From Stegostoma tigrinum (Eukaryota): a stretch of 64,000 nucleotides of DNA. The first letter of the stretch is position 1, and the number at the start of each line of letters is the position of its first letter. Position numbers and translations under genes: made by a program. Positions 25,592-38,679 of the stretch are shown piece by piece. The stretch spans positions 44,120,078-44,184,077 of the forward strand of contig NC_081366.1 in the NCBI RefSeq assembly GCF_030684315.1. Reading direction: 5' to 3'. Below the pieces are notes generated by a model. It ran no database searches. It was not told where the DNA came from and worked only from the letters and a program-made list of their open reading frames with translations.

Positions 25592-26082
25592 GTCTGCCAA
25601 AGTATCTGTTTTCCTCTATTTTAAATAAATTGAGTCTACCATTTGGTTGGGTGGCTTTTGACTAGGTAAGCGTATGGAAAATTAACCAAGTGCTGAAATT
25701 TTGGTTTGAAAATGCTTGAAGAGATGCACTATATAAACGGAGAACAGATAGAATCTAATACAGAGTAAAAAATCTATCGCTTTAAGTGTTGAACTGCACC
25801 TGTTATTATTCAGCCAACAGCTTAATCCATCTATTTTGTTCAGCATGCTATGAACCCAGTGGCAAATCAGTCTTTGGGTCTTTTTTGCACTTATATTTAA
25901 AAATCAAAACGTTCTATCTGTTCTCCATTATACAGTGCATCTCTTGTTCAAGCATTTTCAAGTCAACATTTCAGCTCTTGGTTAATAATTTTCCATACGC
26001 TTACCTAGTCAAAAGCCACCCAACCAAATGCTAGACTCAGTTTATTTAAAGTAATAGAGGAAACCCGATATTGTTGACAGAC
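25592..26082. repeat. Imperfect long inverted repeat (arms 25592-25753 and 25912-26082, spacer ~158 bp)
   Basis: Includes an exact 45-bp reverse-complement match between 25640-25684 and 25986-26030. Confidence 0.92.
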
Positions 26083-27344
26083 AACCTTACACTTGAAGGC
26101 CAGGAAAAGTTGAAGATGGGTTCGCATTTTTTTCCACAGCTGATCAAAATGTTTTCAAAACGAGTTTGGCATTTAGATAAATTTGCTCGGTCACAAAATT
26201 TGAAATTATCAACTGCCTACCTTCACACATTTCAACTTCAAGATGATGGGGCAAACATACCACAAGGAAGGAAAAGGTGACTCATTGGGAAAGAGACCTT
26301 TAATACTTTTTTCCTACATACAGTTTATTTTACACAAATATTGGCAATTGTAGGCAGGAAAATCCGCCAAGAATAAAAGGACTGTGCTACTATGCAATGA
26401 GAATTTCAGTGACTTTACCAGGATGACAAAAAGGCACTTAACTTAACTAAGTATCCCAACAGCCAGCTGACATTTTGTGCCAAAACTATAACTCTCTTAA
26501 AATATCCTTGGGAGTATTCACAATTAAACACGTTTTCTCCATGAGGCCTAACACACAACATTCATATCTATCTCATTTTGTCATCTGCAGTTCACCTCAC
26601 TTCCACAGATCTGATCATAGTAGCCGTTACTCACTTGAATTGCAGACCTTTCACGCCATCCTTCAGCTAAGCAGCTGAGAACTCCACGTTACTTCACAAT
26701 TATGAATTTTTGCATAAAGCTACTGGCACACTATTGTAAAGACTTATGCTAAGTATTGTTGTGCTTTTTAGTCTATAGACGTACAATGAGAAAGAACAGG
26801 TTTGAAACTCAAGCATTTATGAGGATGACAGTTTTGAAAGTGAGGAGTTTGATACCTATTGTGAATCCTGTATGCGGAGCTGCTGTTTCCGGTCATGTGC
26901 AGACAAACTAGTGTCAAGGCATTGTTTAAAACGTGAAACTGATTATAGGCCAATTAATCATGATGTGGGGATACAGGAAAACAGTGATTGAGCCAAATGT
27001 TGTGTAACAGTTAAATTTGTTTCTGCTGTTAAAAAGGGACATCTGCGAGTACACATGACAAACCGTGTTGATCAGCTTATTTAAGAATGTACACAAACTA
27101 TCACAAACTGAACCTAACCCATGTCATAAGGATTCAGGGCAAGTGACTTACTCATGGAATATCATGTTGTAATTGGCTTATTGTGTTGCTAAGGATTGAA
27201 AATGAAATGTAATTAGATAAAGCACTGTCTGCCATCATGATTGATTATCAGGTGGTGGAACAATTTGGACTGTGAACACAGAAGCTAGTTTAGATCAGAG
27301 AAACCAAATCTGCAATCAAAAACTTTTAGTTCTCTGCAGTAAAC

Positions 27345-27710
27345 CATTGTATGGCTTAGAAAGGGTGGACGCTGGGAAGTTGTTTCTGTTAGGTGAGGAG
27401 ACTAGGACATGTGGGCATAGCCTTAGAATTAGAGGGGGTCAATTTAAAATGGAAATGAGGAGACATTTCTTCAGCCAGAGAGTGGTGGGCTTGTGGAATT
27501 CATTGCCATGGAGTGCAGTGGAGGCCAGGACGTTGGATGCCTTCAAGGCAGAGATCGACAAATTCTTGATCTCACAAGGAATCAAGGGCTACGGGGAGAG
27601 TGTAGGGAAGTGGAGTTGAAATGCCCGGCCATGTTTAAATGGCGGAGTGGACTCAATGAGCTGAATGGCCTTACTTCCACCCCTGTGTCTTGTGGTATTA
27701 CGGTCTTATA
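27345..27710 (+). mobile_element. CR1 LINE 3' end
   Basis: ORF 27272..27619 'TRTCGHSLRIRGGQFKMEMRRHFFSQRVVGLWNSLP...FKAEIDKFL' plus 3' UTR. Confidence 0.92.
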
Positions 27711-29666
27711 ATATTTGCCACTGGGGTAAGCACTTCTATTAATTGCATTTGGGAGGTTGAGGGGAGGACAATAAAGTGCAGGGGGTTAAGTGGATTTAGA
27801 CTGTATGTTTTTCCTCTGTTCTTTGCAGATGAACTTAAAATGACTTAACAAGAAAGCAGGGGATCTCTTCGCTCTTCCTTCCACCCGCAAAAGACATAGT
27901 GGATGTGTTAGAGTTCATTAAAAAGCAGAATGAGTTTTTTTTGTAAATCTTCCATGGGACGTGAACATCTTTGGCACGTCCAGTATTTGTTGCCCATCAC
28001 TAACAGAGCTGAAAAAGGACCCAAGAGACCAGAGAGAATGGCAGATTTCTTTCTTAAAAAGATTAGGAACTAATTAAAAACAATGAACATTTCTCATTTA
28101 TAGTCACTAATTTTACATTACAGATTTTGAGTTATAATTAGCATTAACTTAATTCATGCCATGCTGAGAACTGAACCTTAAGCCTGTAGATTAGTGCTCC
28201 ACAGATGTTACTGATATCCTTCTGTTCAGGAAAGTGATGACTCAAGAGGTCTTTCCTCTCTTCCTCCTCAAATCGTCTTATGCTTTGTGTGTGATCAAGA
28301 TACAATTGCTAAATATAATTGCTTGCCTATGTTTAAAGGTTACTAGCATGTTATTCAGAGGCTATATGAAGGAATGTCCCTAATACGGAAACTAAATTTT
28401 CACCTATTAAATCACAAGAGAACAGTCAAAAATGCCTCCACAAGCCTCCTGATCATGCTGACGGGTGGTGTTCCATCTAATGAGATATTGTGTTATACAC
28501 CAGGAAGGCCTCTGTGTAGAAAAAGTTAGAATTTGATTTGGTTTACATTGTGTAAAATAAAAAGTTCAGTAACTAATACGATGTCAAGCCTGCACATTCT
28601 GACCAAGCGCGATCTTCAAACTCACATTTTCCAAAGACATTTAAGTGACCTTAATCATTTTATTTTTAGTGTGGAATATATTTCATAGCTTATAGGTGAT
28701 TTGCATGATCAAAGACTTCAATTAAATTCAAAATTGCATAAGGATCATTTCAGTCTCAATTTTAAACAGACGATTTGTTACCATTGAAAGAAGCATGTGA
28801 TGCAGAAAATTGGGTGGGGTAATGATTTCACACCGCCCAAGATATATTTGGAATGTTATAAATGTAGCAGCAAGATTTAAAATGTGTAATAAGATCAAAA
28901 TTCCAAGAGTACATTTTAATTTTCTTTTTAAATTAAGCTGTATTAATTCTTTGTTTAATACACAGTCCGGAGGAAACATTAGAGACATTTCCAAATCCCA
29001 TCTCAGGAGGTGCACAATAGATAGCCTCAAACCTAGTTTAAACTGAATTTCTACAGCAAAAATACATCTCACTTTATAGAGAAGACTGACATACCACACT
29101 GGTAAATCATTCATTTCATTTGCTTTTAATAAATGCTCTGGCTCAAACTTCCAGATCTCCCTACAATAAAATCATGCAGAATTGGTTGACATGGCTAAGC
29201 TTTCAAAGCAAGTGGTTAGGAACATGAAACTGACAATATTTAAAATGGACCAAGTGGAACATGGAGAACAATAATACTGCTAAAACACAAAGCTATATTT
29301 TCAAAGATACACAGTTTTGGTTCCAAACAAAAGTTTTTTTTTATAAAGAAGAGTTGTCATAGAACAGTGATACGTGTGTTTATAACTCAACTGAACTACC
29401 TCCACCACAGCTAGTTCTTTTTGGCCGGTAATGTGAAGGCTACACAGTTTTGTTACATGCCGTGTAAAGAATACAAGGTGAATAGCATTGTGCCATGAAA
29501 CAGGGATTTTTTTTTACGTGAGCTGCAAGAGTTCGAGCTCTCAGTTTTATAATCCTCGCAGAACTTTCGACGTGACACATCCTTACATACACACAGTCCA
29601 ACGTCACCCTGGACGAAATATATCCAACTATTAGAGACCGCGATAACAAAATTTCTAAGCGGTGAC

Positions 29667-29734
29667 AATTAAATAAACTGAACAGGGCTTTTCAATCTCC
29701 AATTAAATAAACTGAACAGGGCTTTTCAATCTCC
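29667..29734. repeat. Perfect 34-bp tandem duplication
   Basis: aattaaataaactgaacagggcttttcaatctcc x2 (29667-29700, 29701-29734). Confidence 0.95.
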
Positions 29735-31257
29735 TTGAATGGACAACCTCAGTCGTCCATTTCTCGGGAGAGGAAAAAAAAGTCAAGAGAAAGGAGAAAC
29801 ACTGACAGCCAGGATGAGGGATTTCTGTCTTTTGGCCAGTTTTTGGAAACTCTAACCAATATGCCTGAAGAATTCAGAGCCAAAAAAAGGTCTCCAGCCA
29901 AAGATTCGATGACATTTTCGAGATCATCAATAAAACCTGGTCGATAAAGGTTTTACCGCCACAAAACGGTTTCATGCTCAAACCAAAATTTTGGCTTCAA
30001 ACAAGCCTCAATGCGTGGCTTTCACATTAGCCAACTGCGGTCAAAAAGGAGTCTCTCTAGGCTTTTACAATAAATCAATTCGACTAGGGTTTAAGAACTT
30101 GTCTTTCAGTCGGTGTGAAAGTGACATTTCACCCATACTCGCGTAGGCAAATGCTGCCGAAGTAGGAATTTGTCCAAGAGCACTCATCACCCGTTCCCCT
30201 CCCCGCCTGTCACAGAACAGCACTGTAACATAATCTAATGGGATTTGTACTGACGGCACTTACTCGATATTATAACTATTACGTAAATTAATATTGTAAA
30301 CGGAGATGTGTGATAAATGACATCCGTTACAAAAGGATGTCATCAATGCAGAAAACATTTCTTCAAATGTTTCCAAAAACTCAACTTATCAGATCAGATC
30401 TAGTCATCACCCTCTTGGCTTTTCTATTGCGGCCCCGGCTCACTCCCACTCCCCTCTTGCGCTCATATCTGATATTGTTCTCAAAATTGCGTGAAAGGAC
30501 TTCAACAGAAGCCAAGCCCCAGTACAAACCAACAAATAATGAAATAATAAAAAATCAACCGTTTGTTCAACCATCATACATCGCCACTGTTGCGGTCTGA
30601 TGACCCGAATCTGTGGCTTTTCTGCTTTCCACAGCTCATTCCAATTGAGCTAGCAAAGTTTAACATAGGGAAAAGAACGGAATGGATCAACGCCGGTAGA
30701 AGATAAAACGGCATTTTTTTCCTGAAAAGATGTTCTTAACCGCTAACCAGTTAGCACATAGCACACGCCGAATAAATCTACGTATATATGGGCGTGTAGT
30801 CACAATCCGGTTGGCAGACTAAGTTCAGATCCTTGATTAGACAGAGATGTATACCCGCACCCGGTGGGGCGAGGGAAATCATCAGTAATCCCCGCTTTAA
30901 TAAAATTGTTATGGGGCGCAATTGCAGAAAAGGAACGTTTTCACAAGGTCAGTTTGCACCGATTTAACTTCTTCTCGAAGTTATCGAATTATAGACTACG
31001 TGCAGGGAAAAAAAACAACGGTGTTTCAGATACCGAACCTGTGTAGGTAGCCTGACTTGCCCTCCCCTAGAAGCAACAACACGGGGAGCATCCAAAATAA
31101 AACTGGCAGGGAGATGTACTAATTAACCGAGCAGCATCATTAAAGCAGTCATTTCTCACCATTGCGATGATAGGAGTCACCGCGAAAACCATTGTAAACC
31201 AAAGTTACCTTTTCTCCCTTAAACGTTAATCCAGTAGTACTGTCATTATTTCCTTAC

Positions 31258-31345
31258 CTTGACAGACGGCTTGCAAATAGAGTGTGGATGAGATGAGAAA
31301 GTTTATCATTCGCAGGCTATTGCATAAAACCCGTGGCAATGGCAT
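31258..31345 (-). CDS. Putative first coding exon of a secreted or type I membrane protein: MPLPRVLCNSLRMINFLISSTLYLQAVCQ(G), phase-1 intron
   Basis: ATG at 31345 with G at -3 and an upstream in-frame TAA. 88 nt to a consensus AAG|GTAAGG donor (intron begins 31257). Hydrophobic core plus small residues resembles a signal peptide. Lies inside the CpG island. Confidence 0.65.
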
Positions 31346-32216
31346 TCCGTTTGAGTGTTGTATCCGCGCCCAGTGCTCCACAATTTAAACTGCACTCTCC
31401 TGTGTGGAGTGTAATTTCTGGACAATCTCGACAAATAAAACTGTCCTGCCCACCTCACCACCATCAGGCAACACACATGTATAACACATTCAGCAGCTTG
31501 TCAGAACAGAGCCGCACAGATTCACGCTTAACCGCCCCTGCATTACACGGGGAAAATAAATTATTTTCTTTTCAGAGTATAAACGAGTCCGAGCGTTTGC
31601 TCGCTACTCTTTCGCATATATTGCTGTTCTGCGACTCGAATCTCGGTCTATTAGATACCGCGAGTGCTTGTGTTCATTGCAGAGCTATTAACGAGGTATC
31701 TCGCAAAACATGGTACAGAATATTCGGACCGCATCTTTGAACGCTGTGATTATAGGCTTTTTCCTTCCACTCATTGCGTTCTTAAATGGCATAGTTGGCA
31801 GAAGTCACCAGAAAGCGTGATTGTGTTATGTTGCTGGAAGTGGATACCAACTGAAGAATATTCAAATCACTGTATTGGGTAGCGACTAGAAAGTATCTTC
31901 CACTTTTTTTAAGGCGCTCCGCTCCTTAATGTTTACCAGATACTTTTGCTGTCAGTGTTGGGAGATACGACTGGAAACAGCGAGTGTGTATCAACGACGC
32001 TGCCAAAATTCAACACTTCTTAAACAACATAGGTGAAAGATGATCTCTTAGACGCAAATAATGTCCAACTTTGTTTGGTCACCTGGTCTCAGTTTAACAA
32101 TACCCTTGGACGAAAGCAACATGTTTCAGATTCAGCTGCATCCAAATTATGTCCAGGTTGCGGTTAGTTATCGCGATTGGAACTGTAACAATACCGGAGA
32201 CCAAGTCGGATTTAGT

Positions 32217-32462
32217 AACAAAAGCAGAGTTGCTGGGGGAAAAAAAACTCAGCAGGTCTGGCAGCATCTGCGAAGAAAATAAAAATCAGAGTTAATGATT
32301 CGGGCCCAGTGACCCTTTCCCAGTTCTGAGGAAGGCTCACCGGACCCGAAACGTTAACTTTGATCTATTTCTCCACTGATGCTGCCGGACCTGCTGAGCT
32401 TTTCCGGCAATTCCTGCTTTTGTTTCTGATTTACAGCATCCTCAGTTCTTTCGGTTTTTATT
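32217..32462. mobile_element. Palindromic Penelope-derived element with TSD and hammerhead motif (32322-32359)
   Basis: Inverted arms 'ctcagcaggtctggcagcatc' and 'gatgctgccggacctgctgag'. TSD aagtcggatttagt (32203-32216) / aagtcgaatttagt (32463-32476). Motif agtt-CTGAGGA-aggctcaccggaccc-GAAA-C-GTT-aact. Confidence 0.85.
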
Positions 32463-34012
32463 AAGTCGAATTTAGTGTTCGATTCAGAGACGGATTTGGA
32501 GTGCAAAAAACAACTTGCAACTTCGCTAGTAAATCAACAGCGGGCTGGGACTAATGATACACTTAAATAATAGGCTGTTTCCAGATTAATGACTAAATGT
32601 AATGGACGTTTCTCAGCGCAACTTGTGAAAAGAGAATGCAGTTCAAAAACTATTTACGTTTTAAAATCCCTATATTGGAAAGTGCGGGTAAAACCGTGAA
32701 TTAAAAACTGGCATTCATTTCATCTCTCATACTGATTGTCACGATATGAAGCAGTCTTCAGGAACTTGTACGATAACAACAATTTATAAGCATAAATTAA
32801 ATTTTAAATGCCAGCGAAATGTTCATGTTTCCACAGAACAAATTGTCTGACGGACACCATTTATACATAGAGTTTAAAACAAAATAGACACGGCGCTGAT
32901 TTTTTTTTAACTTGATCAGCAAAGGTAATTTAAATCTCTGAAGACACTGGTCCCATTGAAAACAGCTCTTCCCCCGTTAAGCGCTACTTCCCGTGTGTAC
33001 AAAGTCTTAACGAGCTCAGCAGATGTTGACTAATATTTAATTGTTGCTTCGTGGAGAACCTCAAACTCTTCATAATTTCTCCCACGCCCCTGATAAGCGA
33101 ACATTATGATACAGGGGGAATCGATTCCGCCTTTTACATATAGGCTACAACATCCCGAAGCTCCAAAGTGACAATCAAAAAGCAAGCTGCATTTTTGGTG
33201 GTGTTGGTTGCAGGAAGATAACTGAGAAAACAGTGGTGGAATTCTCTTGCTTGTTTTCTGTCTCATTGGGACATATTCCCTCAGCACCGTTATTTAAAGA
33301 AAACACTCAGTACCTTATTGAGGGGACAACACAGACAAAGTTACCAAGTCCGGTTTTTAAGGAGGTCTCCGGCGCTACTTCTGATGCAGAGGGTGCCGGT
33401 TCATAATCCCACCTGCCCCAGACGTGTGTCAAAACATGTCTGAAAAGGCTGATTGAAAATACTTATCAAGTCTGTTGTAGGCTTGATTCCAAAGCAATGG
33501 CTTTATTGCATCAGTTGTAACAGGTGATTTAATGTAATAATGACTGAAAATACCTTTCTTTTAAAATAAAGCTTGATCAGTAACACGTGGACCTCTGTTC
33601 AGAACATTCCAAAATCAATCGAATTTATACTGACAAAATAATAAACAAAATGTTTGCTTGGATGGTAAATACAAGCTGAACATTTGGTGAGCAATGTGCA
33701 ATTGGCATGCGAAAAGTAACTACAGTTTTACTCGACCATTGGTCTGCTCTCTCATTACAGGGTAATTTAATCTGAGCATCACCATACCTCAAGCAAGAGG
33801 AGTGATTGAGAAGGAAAGTCCTTTCGTGGCAATTTCAGTCAGTGCAGGAAATGAACCCACACTTTTGACATTATTCTGCATTGTTAACCAGCTAATTGAA
33901 ATACCCAGAGGTGATGACCATTTCAGGGATTGCAGCTAGAAGTGGAGAATATGAACTATTTAAACTTAAGGGTCCTTTCTAGAAGATCCCAGTGAGGGGA
34001 GTTTAAAAAAAA

Positions 34013-34362
34013 GGTAGCGTAGTGGCTCAGTGGTTAGCAATACTGCCTCACAGCACCTGAGACCCAAGTTCAGTACCAGCCTAGGGTGACTCTGTATGGG
34101 GTTTGGACATTCCCCCTGTGTCTTTGTTGGTTTCCTCTCCCAAACATATGCAGGTCAGATGGATTAGTCATATTAAATTGCCCTGTAGTGTCCAGGGATA
34201 TGCAGGCTCGGTGGATTAACCATGGGAAATGTGGATTATGAGCATAGTGGGGAGGGGAGCGAGGGGGGCAGTGCAGTTAGGTGGAATGTCCTTCACAGGG
34301 TCAGTGCAGACTCAACAGGCGAAATGACCTCTTTCCACCCTACAGGGATTCTGTGATTCTAC
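34013..34362 (+). mobile_element. HE1-type V-SINE
   Basis: tRNA head 'gtggctcagtggttagcaatactgcctcacagc', V-domain, tail 'cagggattctgtgattct'. Confidence 0.85.
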
Positions 34363-35494
34363 AAAAGATCATCATTCTAATTCATGAGTGGTTTACCATT
34401 GCACCAAACTAGGTTTTCTTCAGAGAATTATCAAAACACTCAGCTGCCAACTACTTGAAGACAAGTAATTACAGTCATTGAACATTTTATTTTAATTTCT
34501 CATCTTTTCACCGTGCTGCTTTTAGAATTCATAGGTCCTGTAGATTGTATTAATTGGAAATTAAATTTTCAGTTGGGGTTAAAAGAACAGCAAGAGCAAA
34601 CCAGTGCCAAGAGCAATTGCAGGGAGTTTCACAGAAAGGGAATAAGAAGGCCATTTAGAGTTGTTGAAGAGGAGAAAGGAAGTTTAATTCGGCATGTAAT
34701 ATTTGAATGCATTTTTCCCTAATATATAACAGGTTTGTATTATTTTGGAATACTTAAAAAAATGGCTTGCATAAAAGCCCATTGTAAAAGTATGTATCAT
34801 TTTTATAAACTCCATAGCCAAACACTTATCCAGAATACATGAAATAAAGTTAAAGCAATGATATCTGACAGACAATATTGCTGAATCTCTTCAGAATGCA
34901 GCAACACACTTTCAGGATACTGAAGGATTAGGATTGTGTTTGTGAGCAAACTACTTAAATTAGCCATCTTGTAAAGTAAACTGCAAGGAAATAACTCGGA
35001 AAGCATGCACTAAACTTATCTGCAATTTAATACTAATCATTCATGCAAAATAATAGCTCAGTAATGTTTTAAATAGAAAATTGGTTTCTACTCATCTTCA
35101 TCATACTGACAACAGTTATTGGTATGTTGCATCTGATTTGATTATTTAAAACCTAGCTCAGCCATGTCAAGGATATTATTGTAATACTGTCTACAAGTTG
35201 AAATTAAATCTATCTTTTTTTTCCTCACTCCTATACACACAATAAATGTCAGGTTAACTTGTCTAAATAATCAACCTTCTATGCATGTTGGAAGTGAAAA
35301 CTAAAGAGAAAATAAGGCTTTAAGTGAGAACTGTTGCATCAACACCAACCACTGGTGCAATGGTAAACACCATTTGCTGTGCAATTCAGAAATATAAGGT
35401 TAGAGCATTCCAAATTGAATTCCAAATAAACATGGTAAACTGTCATGGCCAGTTAGATAAGGGCATTGAGGAAGATAAGTTGGGGCAGATATTT

Positions 35495-35625
35495 ACCTTC
35501 AGAACTTATAAAGAGTTACGGACTTGAAACATTAACTCTGCTTTCTTCTTATAGATGCCACCAGACCTGCTGAGTTTCACCAGCAATTCTGGCTTTGTTT
35601 CAGATTTCCAGTATCCATAGTTATT
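35495..35625 (+). mobile_element. Penelope-derived terminal fragment
   Basis: 'ggacttgaaacattaactctgc...agatgccaccagacctgctgagtttcaccagcaattc'. Confidence 0.7.
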
Positions 35626-36549
35626 AGTTTCATTAAATTGAAGAGACATGGGCTTATCTGATCTTTGGACTAAGTGTAGAATACAATCAGAGGCTTGTAG
35701 AGTCTGAATAACATTGGCAATAAAACCATTTGATTTTTCTGTCCATCTGTCTGGTGGCCTACTTTTCCACTTCTGTCTGTGCCCCTTGCTCTCAATCTCT
35801 TTTGCCATCCCTCACTATTGGTGTTTCTCTCAGCATCTCACTGTGCTTTTGTTTTCTCAATTGTTCTCCTTCTTAACTTCTCTCTAGCTCTTGGAATAGA
35901 AACATAGAAGATAGATAATTTGGTTTAGTAAAATAATGGATATCAGCATATTTCTGTTTTATGTTTACTGCTTCATAGATTTGTAGATGTGCATACTATC
36001 ATTAATCCATAACCCAAACATATTTCAAAGTCCATAAAGGATTTGGTCCCAAGCCTTCCAGATTTTAAGTTACAGTCATGCTTGGTTTCAGTAAGAGAGG
36101 ATTATAGACACTTGTTGACTCCAATAAAACATGAACAGCTTTTTTAACTGGGAGAAAAAAAAATGGCTGAAAAATATGTTTTAAAAATGAGACTACTCTT
36201 TACCTGCAATGTGATATCTGATTTGGAGTCTGTTAGGTTGCTTTCCCAACATCAACATATGAGACTACAGTGCTCAAAATTAGAAGACTGCTCATCATAT
36301 TTAAATTGCCAATTTAAATCTAAGTAGTCTGATGACTACGATAATTTGGCTTGAAAATCAATAAAATGCTTGGTGGGTTACTCATTTTTTCTTTGTTTCC
36401 TCATCAGGGCAGTTTTAAAGGCTGCAGCTGAGTTCAGGACCAGACTTTAGCAGTTCAAGCCATTCAGTGGTTTGTGAGTTGTCCTTAGTGTAAGATTTGG
36501 TTTTATAGTCACCTGTAAGTGTTACAAACCAAGAGGTTGCAGGCACATT

Positions 36550-37300
36550 CATTAAATGGCCACACTTCATCTGCATTACAGTGTGTGTTTGCAGCAAGAT
36601 GGAGATGGTGGTCTCAGTGGAAAACATTACGTCCTATGAGGATGAGAAGGGGTGGAGGAGGAGAAAGAGAAGAAAGAGAAGGCCAAATGATTGGGAACAA
36701 CAGCCATCTGATTTGACAGATATTGCTCGACCTGCACAGAATAAAGAAGCACTGAGGGCAGGATACAACAGAGGAATGCTAGGAGATTCCAAGCGCCTAA
36801 CCATGTCGACAAAGTCACAATGACTTACTCAGAGGTGTTGGAGACAGTGCCACAGGAGACTCAGGCTCTTAAGATCCATAGTCACATGGCATGCTCATTG
36901 GGGAGATTGTCTCCAATAATATGAGAGTAACATTCAATAACAATAACCATGAAGGTAAGAGTTGCCTTGAATGTCTTTATGATTTGATCCTTTCTGCTGT
37001 ACAGAGGTCTTTACTGATGCAATGTTTAGATGAGTTGGGTGATATGTGGCCTTTGCTACCTACCACGCTGCCAAGCAGAAGGAGCAGGAGATTTTGTGAC
37101 AAAAGTGGGCTTCTCAAATGTTTGGGATATGATTGACTGCCATCAAGGCACCAGCAGGGCAGACTGACATATTTATCATAGGAAGGGTTACCATTCAGCA
37201 AATGTATAATTGGTGTGTAACCATCAGTAACAAATTATGCAAGTATGTGTCTAGTACCTGAGCAGTAGTTATAACTCCTGTATTTTGAGGTACCAGTATC
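36550..37300 (+). mobile_element. PIF/Harbinger DDE transposase pseudogene fragment
   Basis: 37100-37290 translates (with shifts) to GFSNVWDMIDC..AIKAPAGQTDIF..RKGYHSANV*LVCNHQ*QIMQVCV*Y...ILR, cf. Harbinger 'GFP.V.G.IDCTH..I..P...F.NRKG.HS.NVQ.VCD'. Confidence 0.8.
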
Positions 37301-38679
37301 AGTCATGCTTTTCATTAACCCAAAGACTTTTGGTGCTACTGTGTATCAATAATGTAGAAACTTCACTGATCGAAAGACAACTTAATCATTTATAGTTAAA
37401 AACAAGTCACTACTTGATTTTCAAGCTGCAAATTTCTCCTGACATTTTAGCTTCATAAAAATGTGCAATTTTCATTTCAGTTTTAATGCCCAAAAGGTAA
37501 AATACATGGCCCCTTACACTATTAGTGTTATTTTCACAGCTGTGACATGTAAGACTAACTTCACGTTCCAGAATTATTAACTGAATTTAAATTCCCTAGT
37601 TGCTGTCATGGGATTTAACCCCATGCCCCAGAGATTTGGCCTGGGCCTCAGGATTACTATTCTAGTAACATTATCACTACACCGTGCTTTCACCACCCTT
37701 TATGGTCCATTGAGTAATCAGTCCATCCTCTCCATCAGTTGCTGGACAGCAACTCAGCTAGTGGCTGCTAATTGGGCCATTAGCATTTTATTGGGAGTTC
37801 TGGATCAGCAGTGAGAGAGTATTGTGCTGTTTGGTGGAAATTTCAGAGCACATGCCCTTGGCAGTTGAAGGCTTAACCTGTATTTGTGGAGTGATTGAAA
37901 TGGTTGATGTCAAGAAACTAGAAGTAAAGGAGCCTGGATATATTATCTAACATCAGAGTCATAACATCCTGAGATCCTCTACAAATGTTTTGGAGCAATG
38001 TTCAGTTCTAAGCAGAAGAGATATGTGGCCACAAGATGTTCTCTTCCTATTGGGGAAATTTACTGTTTTCTGAAACTTGTCACCACTTTCATTGTAGCAG
38101 TTCTGAAAAGCAATAGAAAGGGGTAGCAGGAGAGGAAGTACGCTGGAGAAAAATGCAAGAGGTGGGAAAGAAATGCTAATGTTGGCCTCAGTAACTGAAA
38201 TATCATTAGCATAATGAAGTTGCAGGAGGCATTGTTGTCCAAATATTTTCTTTGTTCTTTGTTATAAACTGACCAATTTCAGTCAGGAAGTGAAAAAGGA
38301 TGATACTTGGCTGAATATTTTGTAGTTAAATGCGAACAGCATTTTAAAAATTATATATTTAGGTTTCCTTTTAGTTACGTAGAACGAGTTTCATTCAAAA
38401 CGCTACCTGTATTCAATAACATAACATGAACAAGCACGGTTTCACTTTGTAGCCAAACATATAATTGTGCCTTTATTATAATTAGTCCATAGAAATAAAA
38501 GCTGTTTACTGTTGACAATAATGTGAGCAACGTATGAACTGATTGTATCAAAATATTGAAGTGTTTCAAGATTGTTATTAAAAGGAATATTTTTCATTTC
38601 AAAATTGTAACTTTTTTCTGATCTGATTGGTACCAGCTAATGATAATGAGAAGTGCTCTGGCTTTGCTGTATTCAAATT

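Larger units (their letters stand above)
29420..33420. promoter_or_regulatory. CpG-retaining (probably non-methylated) island marking a promoter/first exon
   Basis: CG dinucleotides are visibly much more frequent than in the CpG-depleted flanks despite moderate GC. Region is repeat-poor and contains the candidate first exon. Confidence 0.75.

Noticed and set aside
29667-29734. CRISPR-like 34-bp repeat
   Set aside because: Two directly adjacent copies with no spacer, in vertebrate DNA with no cas genes.
31258-31345. Assigning a gene symbol to the first exon
   Set aside because: Signal peptides diverge quickly and many receptor/protease families share this exon architecture; no confident match from memory.
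31333-31740. 135-aa plus-strand ORF in the CpG island
   Set aside because: GTG start, no domain, and it overlaps the likely 5' UTR of the minus-strand gene.
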